Below, piece after piece: positions 1 to 9,361 of a stretch of 64,000 nucleotides of DNA. Origin of the DNA: an uncultured Actinomycetes bacterium (GTDB lineage: Bacteria > Actinomycetota > Acidimicrobiia > IMCC26256 > DASPTH01); the NCBI GenBank assembly GCA_963720785.1, contig CAVRGQ010000003.1, positions 188,905 through 252,904 of the forward strand, in the 5' to 3' direction. The notes beneath the pieces were generated by a model. The model was not told the DNA's origin. It saw nothing but the letters and a program-made list of their open reading frames with translations, and did not search any database. Made by a program: the position numbers and the translations under genes. The first letter of the stretch is position 1; each line of letters begins with the position of its first letter.

Positions 1-114
1 CTGATCGCGCTCGGCTACCCCTCCGGGAAGCGGGCCACCAAGCTGCGCCGCAACCCCGTCGAGGACTTCACCACCCTCGACTCCTGCACCGGCCCCACGT
101 TCACCCTCGACTGA
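1..114 (+). CDS. partial CDS (3' end only), product uncertain
   Basis: Frame open from window edge to TGA 112-114 (..LIALGYPSGKRATKLRRNPVEDFTTLDSCTGPTFTLD*). Too short to name. Confidence 0.35.
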   Translation: MIALGYPSGKRATKLRRNPVEDFTTLDSCTGPTFTLD

Positions 115-116
115 TC

Positions 117-167
117 CGAACCGGCGTCAATCCCTGCCCACTATGGGCTCGGATTGACGCCGGTTCG
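117..167. terminator. bidirectional terminator-like hairpin between convergent genes
   Basis: Perfect 17-bp inverted repeat cgaaccggcgtcaatcc (117-133) / ggattgacgccggttcg (151-167), followed by ttt. Lies between stop codons at 112-114 and 170-172. Confidence 0.6.
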
Positions 168-169
168 TT

Positions 170-1024
170 TCAGGGGCGGCAGAGGATCTCGCCGTGGAGG
201 ACGGTGAACCAGCCGTCGGGGTGGGAGGCCCACGTGCGCCACGCGTCAGCGAGGTCGGCGAGCTCGCCCTCGCCGGCCAGGCCGAGCTCCTGGGCGCGGG
301 TGGCGAAGCGCGACGCGGTGACCCGGTCGGCCCAGAGGCCGCCCCACCACGCGCGGTCCTTCTCGTTGGCGAAGCACCACACCGACGCACCGTTCGTGAC
401 CTCGGAGAAGCCGGCTGCGTGCGCCCACGCGCCGAGCATGCGCCCGGCGTCGGGCTCGCCGCCGTCGGCGCGGGCAACCTGCTGGTAGAGGTCGAGCCAG
501 CGGTCGAGGCGGGCGTCGGCGGGATACCAGGTGAAACCGTGGTAGTCGGAGTCCCGCGCCGCGACGAGACCATCGGGTGCGCACGCGGCGCGCATCGCCC
601 GGAGCGCACCCACCGGATCGGGCACGTGCTGCAGCACCTGGTGTGCGTGCACGACGTCGAACGGACGGCCGCCCGGGTCGAGCGCGTCGAGATCGAGCGC
701 GTAGACGTCGCCGACGGTGAAGCGCACGTTGTCGACGCCCTGCGCGGCAGCATCGGCCGCGGCGGCCGCGACGATCTCGGTGGGGGGCTCGATCCCGACC
801 ACCGCGCCGGGCGCCACGGCGCGGGCCAGATCGAGGGTGATGGTGCCGGGACCGCATCCGACGTCGAGCACGCGCATGCCCGGCCGGAGGTGCGGGAGCA
901 GGTAGCCCGCGGAGTTCTCGGCGGTGCGCCAGCGGTGCGACCGCAGCACGCTCTCGTGGTGGCCGTGGGTGTAGGCCGGACCACCCTCGTCGGAAGTGCT
1001 CACGGCCCCGTCGGAAGTGGTCAT
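170..1024 (-). CDS. class I SAM-dependent methyltransferase
   Basis: Track ORF 170..1279; ATG at 1024 (MTTSDG..). SAM-binding motif VLDVGCGPGTITL and acidic loop; 42-nt divergent gap to the next gene. Confidence 0.88.
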   Translation of the reverse strand: MTTSDGAVSTSDEGGPAYTHGHHESVLRSHRWRTAENSAGYLLPHLRPGMRVLDVGCGPGTITLDLARAVAPGAVVGIEPPTEIVAAAAADAAAQGVDNVRFTVGDVYALDLDALDPGGRPFDVVHAHQVLQHVPDPVGALRAMRAACAPDGLVAARDSDYHGFTWYPADARLDRWLDLYQQVARADGGEPDAGRMLGAWAHAAGFSEVTNGASVWCFANEKDRAWWGGLWADRVTASRFATRAQELGLAGEGELADLADAWRTWASHPDGWFTVLHGEILCRP

Positions 1025-1066
1025 GGCATCCAGGCTACGGCGACGGGGGCCTAGGCTCCGCGGAAT

Positions 1067-1636
1067 ATGGAGCCCATGGAAGCCCTCGCCCGCGCCGATG
1101 CCCAGTTCGCCCGAGTGATCGGCGAAGTCACCATCGACGACCTCGACAAGCCCACCTCGTGCGAGGGCTGGGACGTGCGCGGCCTCCTCAACCACGTGAT
1201 CGGCGGCACACGCATGAGTGTGGTGCTGCTCGAGGGTGGCGAGCGTGACGAAGCGGTTGCGGTGTTCGCGCAGGACCACCTCGGCGACGACTACCTCGTG
1301 TCATACGAGGACGGCATGGCCGACTCGCGCGCCGCGTTCGCCGAGGAGGGCGCGCTCGAACGCACGGTGCACCACCCGATGGGCGACATCCCCGCCACGC
1401 AGCTGCTGCAGTTCCGCACCGGCGACCTCACGTTGCACTCGTGGGACCTCGCCCGTGCCATCGGGGCCGACGACACCATCGACCCCGAGCTCGCGGAGTT
1501 CGTGCTCCAGGGCCTGCTGCCGATGGCGCCGGTGATGGCTCAGGTCGGCGTCTTCGGCGAGGGGCCCAGCGGCACCGTCGGTGACGACGCGCCCGTGCAG
1601 CAGCGCCTGCTCGACCTCTCCGGCCGTCGCCCGTGA
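1067..1636 (+). CDS. DinB-like / mycothiol maleylpyruvate isomerase N-terminal domain protein (TIGR03086-like)
   Basis: 189-aa ORF with an N-terminus typical of the actinobacterial family (..CEGWDVRGLLNHVIGG..). Stop overlaps the next start (GTGA at 1633-1636). Confidence 0.8.
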   Translation: MEPMEALARADAQFARVIGEVTIDDLDKPTSCEGWDVRGLLNHVIGGTRMSVVLLEGGERDEAVAVFAQDHLGDDYLVSYEDGMADSRAAFAEEGALERTVHHPMGDIPATQLLQFRTGDLTLHSWDLARAIGADDTIDPELAEFVLQGLLPMAPVMAQVGVFGEGPSGTVGDDAPVQQRLLDLSGRRP

Positions 1637-2568
1637 GCCTGGGTCGCGCCGACGTCGCGTTCCCCGATCGCGAGGGCGTGACCCTCCGTGGCTGGTGCTA
1701 TCCGGCGGCGACCGGAACCTCGCCGGGACCGGGCGTGGTGATGGCCCACGGCTTCTCCGCGACCATGGAGATGGGCCTCGATCGCTTCGCCGAGGCGTTC
1801 GCCGCGGCGGGAATCACCGCACTCGTGTACGACCACCGCGGTCTGGGCACGAGCGACGGCGAGCCGCGGCAGGTCATCGACCCGTACGCGCAGGCGCGTG
1901 GCTACCGCGCCGCGCTCGACTGGCTCACGGCCCGGCCCGAGGTCGACCCCGACCGCGTCGGCATCTGGGGGTCGAGCTTCTCCGGCGGCGTCGTGCTGGT
2001 GACCGGCGCGGTGGACCGCCGCGTGCGTGCGGTCGTGGCGAACGTGCCGCTCGCCGGCTTCCCCGGCACCGACTACTCCGACTCCGCCGCGAACACGGCG
2101 GCATTCGCCGCGTTGCGCGACGCCCTCGAAGACCCGGCCGGTCCGGGCACCGCGGCATCGGCCGTGGAGCCGGCCGGCCCCCTCGCACCGGTGCACGCGC
2201 CCGGCAACGAGCTGCACGTGGTGATGCCCCAGTCCGAGAGCAGCGAGTGGTTCCTCCGAATGGGCGGGCCGGGCTCGAATTGGCAGAACCAGGTGTGGCT
2301 CGCCGGTGCACCGGAGGGCGCGCCTGCCTTCGATCCCGGGGTCGCGGTGGCCCACGTCGCGCCGAGGCCGTTGCTCATGGTGGTGGCGTCCGACGACACG
2401 TTGGCGGCCACCGATGTCGCGCTCGCCGCCTACGAGCGGGCAGGTGCACCGAAGCAACTCGAGCTCGTCGAGGGTCACCATTTCGTCGATTACGACGGCG
2501 ACGCCTTCGTGCAGGTGGCGCGCGTGATGACCGACTTCTTGGTGGCGAATCTGCAGGTGAATCTCTAG
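1633..2568 (+). CDS. alpha/beta hydrolase
   Basis: 311-aa ORF with nucleophile elbow GSSFSGG. GTG start overlaps the upstream stop. Confidence 0.85.
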   Translation: MSLGRADVAFPDREGVTLRGWCYPAATGTSPGPGVVMAHGFSATMEMGLDRFAEAFAAAGITALVYDHRGLGTSDGEPRQVIDPYAQARGYRAALDWLTARPEVDPDRVGIWGSSFSGGVVLVTGAVDRRVRAVVANVPLAGFPGTDYSDSAANTAAFAALRDALEDPAGPGTAASAVEPAGPLAPVHAPGNELHVVMPQSESSEWFLRMGGPGSNWQNQVWLAGAPEGAPAFDPGVAVAHVAPRPLLMVVASDDTLAATDVALAAYERAGAPKQLELVEGHHFVDYDGDAFVQVARVMTDFLVANLQVNL

Positions 2569-2599
2569 GGGAGCCTGCAGGTGGACCTCTCGGCGAGGT

Positions 2600-3151
2600 T
2601 CAGGAGGCGGCGGCGTCGCCGATGCCGGCCCGGCGGCGCTGCACCGACTCGAACGCCGATCCCAGCTGGCGGATCTGCGCCCGCGTGAGGTGGTCGAGCA
2701 GGTGGCGGCGCACGCTCTCGACGTGGGCGGGCGCGGCCTCCTCGAGCCGGGCCATCCCGTCGTCGGTGAGGACGGCGAGGCTCACCCGGCGGTCGTCGGG
2801 GCTCGGCTCGCGCACGACGAGGCCGTCGCGCACGAGGCCGTCGAGGCGGCGCGTGAGCCCGCTCGGTGAGAGGTGCAGGCGACTCGCGAGGTCGCACATC
2901 CGCATGCGGCGGTCGGGCGCCTCCGAGAGGCTGACCAGCACGCCGTAGTCGCCCTCGGCGAGACCGAACGGGACCAGCTCGGCGTCGAGCTCGGCCTGCA
3001 GGTTGTTGGTGAGCTCCACGAGGCCGCGCCAGGCGCGCATCTCCTCGTCGTCGAGCCAGCGCGGATCGGACCGCGGATCGGACCGCGGCTCGGGCCGCGG
3101 CTCGGTCCGCAGCTCGGTCCCGGTGGCGCTGCCGAGGGCGTCCGTGTCCAT
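2600..3151 (-). CDS. MarR family transcriptional regulator
   Basis: Winged-helix core (..DLASRLHLSPSGLTRRLDGLVRDGLVVREPSPDDRR..). ATG at 3151 (MDTDALG); repeat-encoded N-terminal tail. Confidence 0.88.
   Translation of the reverse strand: MDTDALGSATGTELRTEPRPEPRSDPRSDPRWLDDEEMRAWRGLVELTNNLQAELDAELVPFGLAEGDYGVLVSLSEAPDRRMRMCDLASRLHLSPSGLTRRLDGLVRDGLVVREPSPDDRRVSLAVLTDDGMARLEEAAPAHVESVRRHLLDHLTRAQIRQLGSAFESVQRRRAGIGDAAAS
3061..3120. repeat. 12-bp tandem repeat x5, in frame inside the MarR N-terminus
   Basis: gcggatcggacc gcggatcggacc gcggctcgggcc gcggctcggtcc gcagctcggtcc. Encodes ..ELRTEPRPEPRSDPRSDPR.. Confidence 0.9.
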
Positions 3152-3285
3152 GCACCGATCGTACCAGGATGAACCGCCATCACAACTGTTGACAGAGCAA
3201 GGGTATAGGGTGAAACTTGCGGTCACAAGAGACTTGCCCGAGTCCCGGTGCCTGTGGGGCCCGCCTCCGCCGGCACGCCACTGGA

Positions 3286-3313
3286 GAGTGCAGTCATGGG
3301 AGTGCAGTCATGA
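3286..3313 (+). repeat. 14-bp tandem duplication spanning the VOC gene start codon
   Basis: gagtgcagtcatgg / gagtgcagtcatga (13 of 14 identical). Gives ATGs at 3296 and 3310; the first opens MGVQS* ending TGA 3311-3313. Confidence 0.85.
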
Positions 3314-3759
3314 AGGTCCAAGAGCTCGGTCACGCGGTCCTCTACGTGCGCGACCTCGAGGCGTCGGTGCGCTTCTACGGCGACATCCTCGGTCTGCCCG
3401 CAATCGGCGAGGCCTGGCCGGGCACGCGGGCGTTCTCCGGCGGGCGCACCCACCACGAGCTGTTGCTCATCGAGGTCGGTCCCGACGCGGCGCCGATCCC
3501 TGCGGGCCGGCGGGTGGGCCTCTACCACCTCGGCTTCAAGATCGGCACCACCGACGACGAGCTGCGCGAGGCGGTCCGGGACCTGCAGGCGGCCGGGGTC
3601 ACGATCGCGGGCGCCAGCGACCACACGGTCACCCACTCGCTCTACGTGCTCGACCCCGACGGGAACGAGATCGAGCTGTTCGTCGACGTGCTGCCCGCCG
3701 AGGCGTGGCGCGACGACCCGCAGCTCGTGATGCAGCCGACGCGCCCGCTCGCGCTGTAG
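3310..3759 (+). CDS. VOC (glyoxalase/bleomycin resistance/dioxygenase) family protein
   Basis: MKVQELGHAVLYVRDLEASVRFYGDILGL.. is a typical VOC N-terminus. ATG 3310, TAG 3757-3759. Confidence 0.85.
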   Translation: MKVQELGHAVLYVRDLEASVRFYGDILGLPAIGEAWPGTRAFSGGRTHHELLLIEVGPDAAPIPAGRRVGLYHLGFKIGTTDDELREAVRDLQAAGVTIAGASDHTVTHSLYVLDPDGNEIELFVDVLPAEAWRDDPQLVMQPTRPLAL

Positions 3760-3805
3760 ACCCGCGCTCCGGGTCCGCGCTCCGGGCCCGCGCGCGCCGG
3801 GCGGG

Positions 3806-4747
3806 CTACTTCAGGTAGTCCTCGAGGCGGGCGATGGTGAAGCCCTGCTCGTTGCACATCTGCACGACCTTCTGCAGGTCGACGAGCAGGTCGGTGCGCC
3901 AGTGCATCAGCACGATGTCGCCCGGGGTGAGCGCAGTGCCGTCCTGGAGGTCGAAGCGGCCGTCGTTGGTGGAGCCCTCCCACATCACGATCGCCTTGTA
4001 GCCGCACGACGCCGCCACCGCGCGCACGTTGTCGTTGTACGCGCCGTAGGGCGGGCGGAAGAGCGTGGGCCGGGTGCCGTACCGGGTCTGGTAGTCGTCC
4101 ATCGTCCCGCAGATCTCGGACTGCAACTGCCCGCCCGACACCTTGGTGAGGTCGGGGTGGTTGATCGTGTGGGACTGGATCGAACCGCCGAGCGCCATCG
4201 CCTGCTTCCAGAACGTCTCGTCGGCGTCGGCCTGGCTCTGCACCAGGAAGTTGGTGAACGGGATCTTCGCCTGGCGGAGGTACTCGAGCACCGCGGGGTC
4301 GCGGATCATGCCGTCGTCGATGCCGAGGAAGATGACCTTGTTGGTGGTCGGGATCCGACTGAACACGGGCGCGAGGTTGGTGGCCGGCAGGTCGACGGGC
4401 GTGGGCGCCGGCTGCGCCAGGAGCCCGAAGCCCGGCTTCGGTGCCTTCCAGACGGTGGTGGTGGTGGTGGGCGGCACGGTGGTGGTGGGAGCGGCGGTCG
4501 TGGTCGTGGTGGAGGCGACGGTCGCCTCGGTGACAACGGGGGCCTGCGTGCCGCTGGTGCCACCGGCGCCCGACTCGTCGCCCGCAACGGCGACGGCGGC
4601 GTGCGTCGTGCCGCTCTCGCCGCTGACCGAGGGCAGGAGCGCGCCGACGAGTACCACCACTGCGACGGTGACCGCGATCGCGATCGCGAACGGCCGCCAC
4701 TGGCTGGTTGCCGGCCTGCCCGGACCCGGTTGACGCACGGCGGTCAT
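3806..4747 (-). CDS. polysaccharide deacetylase (NodB domain) with N-terminal membrane anchor and Thr/Pro linker
   Basis: ATG at 4747 (MTAVRQPG..), hydrophobic helix, TTTTTAAPTTTVPPTTTTT linker, then NodB-like ..FLGIDDG..HTINHPDL..RPPYG.. Confidence 0.85.
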   Translation of the reverse strand: MTAVRQPGPGRPATSQWRPFAIAIAVTVAVVVLVGALLPSVSGESGTTHAAVAVAGDESGAGGTSGTQAPVVTEATVASTTTTTAAPTTTVPPTTTTTVWKAPKPGFGLLAQPAPTPVDLPATNLAPVFSRIPTTNKVIFLGIDDGMIRDPAVLEYLRQAKIPFTNFLVQSQADADETFWKQAMALGGSIQSHTINHPDLTKVSGGQLQSEICGTMDDYQTRYGTRPTLFRPPYGAYNDNVRAVAASCGYKAIVMWEGSTNDGRFDLQDGTALTPGDIVLMHWRTDLLVDLQKVVQMCNEQGFTIARLEDYLK

Positions 4748-4811
4748 GCTACCGACAGGGGTCTGCCGGCAGGGGTACGGTGCGCCGGTGCCAGACCCGC
4801 CCGGCTCGAGG

Positions 4812-6116
4812 ATGTCCGCGCTGAGCCCGACCGAGAACCGTTCGGTCATCGCCCTGCTCGTGTCGACGTTGTGTTCGTCGACCGCGGTCACGCTGGTCAC
4901 CACGGTGCTCGGCAAGCTCGTCTTCGACCTCACCGGCAGCGAGCTCGCGCTCGGCCTGCTGGGCCTGGCCGAGTTCGCACCCGCGGCGCTGCTGGTCTTC
5001 GTGACGGGATCGGTCGCCGACCGCCTCGATCGTCGGCGGGTGGCCTTCGTGGCGCTGTTGCTCGAGGCGCTCGCCATCGCCGGCATGGCCCTGTACGCGG
5101 CCTCGGACCCCACGTCGGCGAGTCCGCTGTTCGCGATGGTCTTCGCCTTCGGCGTGTTCCGGGCCTTCGCCTCCCCCGCCACGCGTGCCCTGCCGGCCGA
5201 CACGGTGCGTTCCGAGCGGCTGCCCTGGCTGGTGGCCCGGCAGTCGATCACCTGGCAGGCCTCGGCGATCTTCGGTCCGGTGCTCGGCGGCTTCCTCTAC
5301 GTGGTCGGCATCGGGATCCCGTTCGCGGTCGGCGCCGGGTTGGTGGTCGTCGGTGCGTGCGTGGTCCTGCTGGTGCGGCCACGGCCGGTCGCGCCCCGGC
5401 CCGAGCGACCCCGCCCCGGTCTCCGGGACGCGATGGAGGGCCTGCGTTTCGTGCGCTCGGAGCCGATCCTGTTCGGCGCGATCACCCTCGACCTCTTCGC
5501 CGTGTTGTTCGGCGGCGCGGTGGCGTTGCTCCCGGCCATCGCCGAGGACCGCTTGGGCGTGGGCGCGGTCGGCCTCGGCTGGTTGCGCGCCGCGATCGGC
5601 ATCGGCGCGGCCAGCGTCACGCTCGTGCTCGCGGTGCGGCCGCTCCGGCGACGGGTGGGCCCGATCCTGCTCGCGTCGGTCGCGCTCTTCGGCTTGGGCA
5701 CGATCGTGCTCGGCGTCACCACGAGCTTCGCCGTCGCGTTCGTCGCGCTCATGGTGCTGTCGGGTGCGGACGCGATCAGTGTGTTCATCCGGTCCACGCT
5801 CGTGCCGCTCGTGACGCCACACGACAAGCGCGGGCGCGTGCTCGCGGTCGAGATGGTGTTCATCGGCGCGTCGAACGAGCTCGGCGCGTTCGAGTCGGGC
5901 GTGGTGGGTCAGTTGTTCGGCCCGGCCGCGGCGATCGTGCTCGGCGGCGTCGGCACGCTGGCGGTGTCGGGGCTCTGGTTCCGCATCTTCCCGGCGTTGG
6001 CGCGCGTCGACGAGTTCCCCGAGGCGGTCGAGGCCGCCGAACCCGACGAGATCGCGGCGGCGGTGCACGAGCAGGAAGCCGTCGACCGCGCCACGATGGA
6101 GCGCGACTCCGGCTGA
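4812..6116 (+). CDS. MFS transporter
   Basis: ATG 4812 ([11 protein letters not shown]..). Multiple hydrophobic helices throughout and a ..[12 protein letters not shown].. loop motif. Confidence 0.85.
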   Translation: MSALSPTENRSVIALLVSTLCSSTAVTLVTTVLGKLVFDLTGSELALGLLGLAEFAPAALLVFVTGSVADRLDRRRVAFVALLLEALAIAGMALYAASDPTSASPLFAMVFAFGVFRAFASPATRALPADTVRSERLPWLVARQSITWQASAIFGPVLGGFLYVVGIGIPFAVGAGLVVVGACVVLLVRPRPVAPRPERPRPGLRDAMEGLRFVRSEPILFGAITLDLFAVLFGGAVALLPAIAEDRLGVGAVGLGWLRAAIGIGAASVTLVLAVRPLRRRVGPILLASVALFGLGTIVLGVTTSFAVAFVALMVLSGADAISVFIRSTLVPLVTPHDKRGRVLAVEMVFIGASNELGAFESGVVGQLFGPAAAIVLGGVGTLAVSGLWFRIFPALARVDEFPEAVEAAEPDEIAAAVHEQEAVDRATMERDSG

Positions 6117-6117
6117 G

Positions 6118-6582
6118 TCAGTCGGCGGCTCGCGGCGGAGGTTCGTACAGTTCCCCGAGCGCCTGCAGCAGGCGGACGAGCTCGGCGAAGTCGCGCGTGC
6201 CCAGCCACCGCTGCTGCTCGCGTGCGGTCGCGTTGCGGACCTTCCGGCGGGCGGCGAGGAAGGCCTCCCCGAGGGGAGTCAGCCGGAGCACCCGCGCCCG
6301 GCCGTCGCTGGGATCGGGCGACGCGGTGAGGTAGCCCCGACCCGCGAGGTCGGTCGCCACCTTCGAGACCAGCTGCGCGGTGACGCCGAGCGGTTCGGCC
6401 AACGCACCCACCGACGACGGACCGTCGGCCAGCAGGGCGAGCACACGCGCCTGGTGCGGGGCAACCGCGCCGAAGCCCTCGGCATCGAGGCCACGCTGTT
6501 CCCAGGAGTCGCCGTGCCCGGTGATCACGCGGGCGAGGTCGGCGAGGTCGGGCATCTCCAGCGGCCGGGGACGCGGCGTCAT
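6118..6582 (-). CDS. MarR family transcriptional regulator
   Basis: ..[56 protein letters not shown].. ATG at 6582 preferred over the upstream TTG. Confidence 0.85.
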   Translation of the reverse strand: MTPRPRPLEMPDLADLARVITGHGDSWEQRGLDAEGFGAVAPHQARVLALLADGPSSVGALAEPLGVTAQLVSKVATDLAGRGYLTASPDPSDGRARVLRLTPLGEAFLAARRKVRNATAREQQRWLGTRDFAELVRLLQALGELYEPPPRAAD

Positions 6583-6596
6583 GCACCGAAGAATAC

Positions 6597-6630
6597 GCAA
6601 CCGGGTTGCACAATGTCCTCAACCCGGTTG
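6597..6630. promoter_or_regulatory. pair of palindromic operator-like sites in the MarR/SDR divergent region
   Basis: gcaacc-g-ggttgc (6597-6609) and caacc-c-ggttg (6620-6630). Centres are 22 bp apart, immediately upstream of the MarR start. Confidence 0.5.
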
Positions 6631-6699
6631 CGCATCCTCCTGGCGGTAGCTTCTGCCTGTCCAACCCGTCCCCCGCACCTGCGACCCCTGGAGCCTTCC

Positions 6700-7488
6700 G
6701 TGATCCTCGACCTCTTCCGCCTCGACGGCAAGGTCGCCGTCGTCACCGCCGGTGGCCGCGGCATCGGCGCCGCGTGCGCCCGGGCGTTCGCCGAGGCCGG
6801 CGCCGACGTCGCCATCTCCGCCCGCACGGAGGAGCAACTCGAGGAGGTCGCCGCCGACGTGCGCGCCCTCGGCCGCCGTTGCCTGGTGGTGCCCGCCGAC
6901 CTCGACGACCTCACCAACCTCGACGTGCTGGCGCAGCGCACCGCCGACGAGCTCGGGCGCATCGACATCGTGATCAACAACGTGGGCGGGTCGATGCCCG
7001 CGCCGCTCGCGAGCACCGACGTGCGCGCGCTGGAGCAGGCGTTCCACTTCAACGTGAGCACCGCGTTCCAACTCACGAAGGCCGCGCTCCCCCACCTCGT
7101 CGAAACCGGGAACGGCGCGGTGGTGAACATCACGTCGCTCGTCGGCCGCCTCAGCGACCGCGGCTTCGCGGCCTACGGCACCGCCAAGGCCGCGCTGGCG
7201 CACATGACGCGGCTCATGGCGAGCGACGTCGCCCCCAAGGTGCGGGTCAACGGCATCGCGCCGGGCTCCATCGCCACCTCCGCGCTGGAGATGGTGCTGA
7301 CGATGGACGAGCTGCGCGACGAGATGGTGGAGAAGACGCCGCTCAAGCGCCTCGGTGTCGCCGACGACATCGCCGCGGCCGCGCTCTACCTCGTGTCCGA
7401 CGCCGGTGCGTTCGTCACCGGCAAGATCCTCGAGGTCGACGGCGGGCTCGAGGCCCCCAACCTCGACATGCACATCCCTGATTTCTAG
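6700..7488 (+). CDS. SDR family oxidoreductase
   Basis: GTG 6700 preceded by ggag. ..[16 protein letters not shown].., NNVG, and Y-x3-K (YGTAKAAL). Confidence 0.82.
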   Translation: MILDLFRLDGKVAVVTAGGRGIGAACARAFAEAGADVAISARTEEQLEEVAADVRALGRRCLVVPADLDDLTNLDVLAQRTADELGRIDIVINNVGGSMPAPLASTDVRALEQAFHFNVSTAFQLTKAALPHLVETGNGAVVNITSLVGRLSDRGFAAYGTAKAALAHMTRLMASDVAPKVRVNGIAPGSIATSALEMVLTMDELRDEMVEKTPLKRLGVADDIAAAALYLVSDAGAFVTGKILEVDGGLEAPNLDMHIPDF

Positions 7489-7532
7489 GCCCGACTTCTC
7501 GGCCCGACTTCCGAGCCCCAGAGAGTGACGAC

Positions 7533-8534
7533 ATGATCGACCACACCGTGAAGCTGTCGGTGGGCGTGCCGCCCGGCCCGAACACGCTCGCGTACGCGCG
7601 CCTCGCCGACGAGCTCGGCTACGAGCGCATCTGGCTCTACGACTCGGCCGCCCTCTACGACGACATCTGGATCTGGCTGGCCCGCATCGTCGAGCACACG
7701 TCGATGCAGGTGGGCACCGCGGTGCTGGTGCCGAACCTGCGCCACCCGATGACGACCGCGTCGGCGATCGCCACGATCGAGGAGCTCGCCCCCGGTCGCC
7801 TCGCGGTCGGGTTCGGCACCGGGGCGACCGCCCGCTGGGTGTTGAACAAGGGCGCGCTCTCGTGGGCGACGACGCGCCGGTACGTCGAACGGGTGCGTGC
7901 GTTGCTGCAGGGTGAGGTCGTCGAGATCGATGGCGAGGCCTGCCAGATGATCCACCACCCCGACTGGGCGCGGGAGCGCCCGATCGACACGCCGATGCTC
8001 CTTTCCGCGTTCGGCCCGAAGGGGCTCGAGATCGCGGGCGAGATGGCCGCGGCCGGCACCATCCAGGGCCTCTTCGCGATGGCCGACGTCGACGTGCCGA
8101 TCGACTGGCGCATCGTGATGTGCGCGGGCACCGTGGTCGAACCGGGCGAGGCGATCACCGACGAGCGGGTGAAGCAGGCGCTCGGTCCCTGGTACGTGGT
8201 GCGCTACCACGGCATCTGGCAGATGTTCCCCGACGGTGTGGCCGGCCTCCCCGAGGGCGAGGCGTGGCTGGCGGGCGTGAACGCGGAGCGCCCCGAAAGG
8301 CAACGGCACCTCGCGGTGCACGAGGGTCACGTCACCAACGTGATGCCGCGCGACCGCGCCGCGCTCGACGCCGCGGGTGACGCGCTCGCGACGACGGGTT
8401 GGGTCGGCACGCGCGACGAGCTGCGCGCCAGGGCACACGCGGCGGAGGCGGCGGGCACGAAGGAGATCCTCTTCACCCCCGCCGGCGACATCGAACGCGA
8501 GATGCGCGCCTTCGCCGAAGCCATCCTCGGCTGA
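7533..8534 (+). CDS. LLM-class (F420/flavin-dependent) oxidoreductase
   Basis: 333-aa ORF. ..LADELGYERIWLYDS.., ..LAPGRLAVGFGTG.. are typical of the luciferase-like monooxygenase family. Confidence 0.85.
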   Translation: MIDHTVKLSVGVPPGPNTLAYARLADELGYERIWLYDSAALYDDIWIWLARIVEHTSMQVGTAVLVPNLRHPMTTASAIATIEELAPGRLAVGFGTGATARWVLNKGALSWATTRRYVERVRALLQGEVVEIDGEACQMIHHPDWARERPIDTPMLLSAFGPKGLEIAGEMAAAGTIQGLFAMADVDVPIDWRIVMCAGTVVEPGEAITDERVKQALGPWYVVRYHGIWQMFPDGVAGLPEGEAWLAGVNAERPERQRHLAVHEGHVTNVMPRDRAALDAAGDALATTGWVGTRDELRARAHAAEAAGTKEILFTPAGDIEREMRAFAEAILG

Positions 8535-8542
8535 GCCACCGA

Positions 8543-9200
8543 TCAGAACTCGACGTCGAGCTCTTCCATCTCCTCGGGCTCCTCGAGGGCCTTGCGCTCC
8601 CACTCCTGCATCTCGGGGAGGGCGAGGATGCGCGCGCAGTAGTCGGCGGCGGCGTCGCCGAGCTTCACGTCGTAGGTGCGGAAGCGCGTGCACACGGGCG
8701 CGTACATCGCGTCGGCGATCGTGAGGTGGTCGCCCACCAGGTACGGGCCGCCCCAGTGCTCGAACGCGCCGTTCCACGTCTCGAGGATGCGGTCGATGTC
8801 GGCCTGCACCCCCGCCCACACCGGGTAGTTGGGGTAGCGGGCGCGGATGTTCATCGGCAGCCCGGCGCGGAGGTTGGCGAACCCCGCGTGCATCTCACCG
8901 CTGATCGAGCGGGCGTGCGACCTCATGCCCGCGTCGTCGGGGAGCAACCTCGCCTGCGGGAAGCGCTCGTGGAGGAACTCGCCGATGGCGAGCGTGTCCC
9001 AGATGTAGAAGCCGCCGAACTCGAGGCGGGGCACCAGGAACGACGACGAGAGCATCAGCAGTTCGGCGCGGGTGTCGGGATCGTCGTGGGCGACGACCTT
9101 CTCCTCGAACTCGATGCCGGAGAATCTGCAGAGCAACCAGCCGCGCGAGTGACCACGCGCCATAGTTCCTGCTGTTGATGGTCAGCGTGGCCGTGGCCAT
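8543..9200 (-). pseudogene. glutathione S-transferase family protein, frameshifted as sequenced
   Basis: N-terminus MATATLTINSRNYGAWSL (ORF from 9200) continues as ..WLLCRFSGIEFEEK.. in ORF 8543..9163. One extra base at 9140-9147. Confidence 0.75.
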
Positions 9201-9361
9201 GGCGTCACCTCGGGGGGAGTGGGCGTGCCGGGTTCGATTGTGCCCGCTGGAAGACCCGAATGCTCGGATCGTGCCTTGTGGGATCGCGGTTGTCTAGTGT
9301 TCACCATCACTCTTCGGCAGGGCGATCCCGCGCTGCGAACGAGTGAGTGTGTGAGGGGCGC

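Noticed and set aside
3189-3222. TTGACA (3189-3194) as the -35 box of the MarR/VOC divergent promoter
   Set aside because: No convincing TANNNT -10 lies at 16-19 nt spacing (candidates are tagggt at 11 nt and gaaact at 17 nt). It cannot be called from sequence alone.
3902-6334. 810-aa plus-strand ORF. Similar long ORFs at 25954..28128, 43697..45808, 41771..42949, 32415..33770 and 8399..9178.
   Set aside because: All overlap, in another frame or strand, genes with strong family signatures, and they translate to RG/RA/RP-rich sequence with no motifs.
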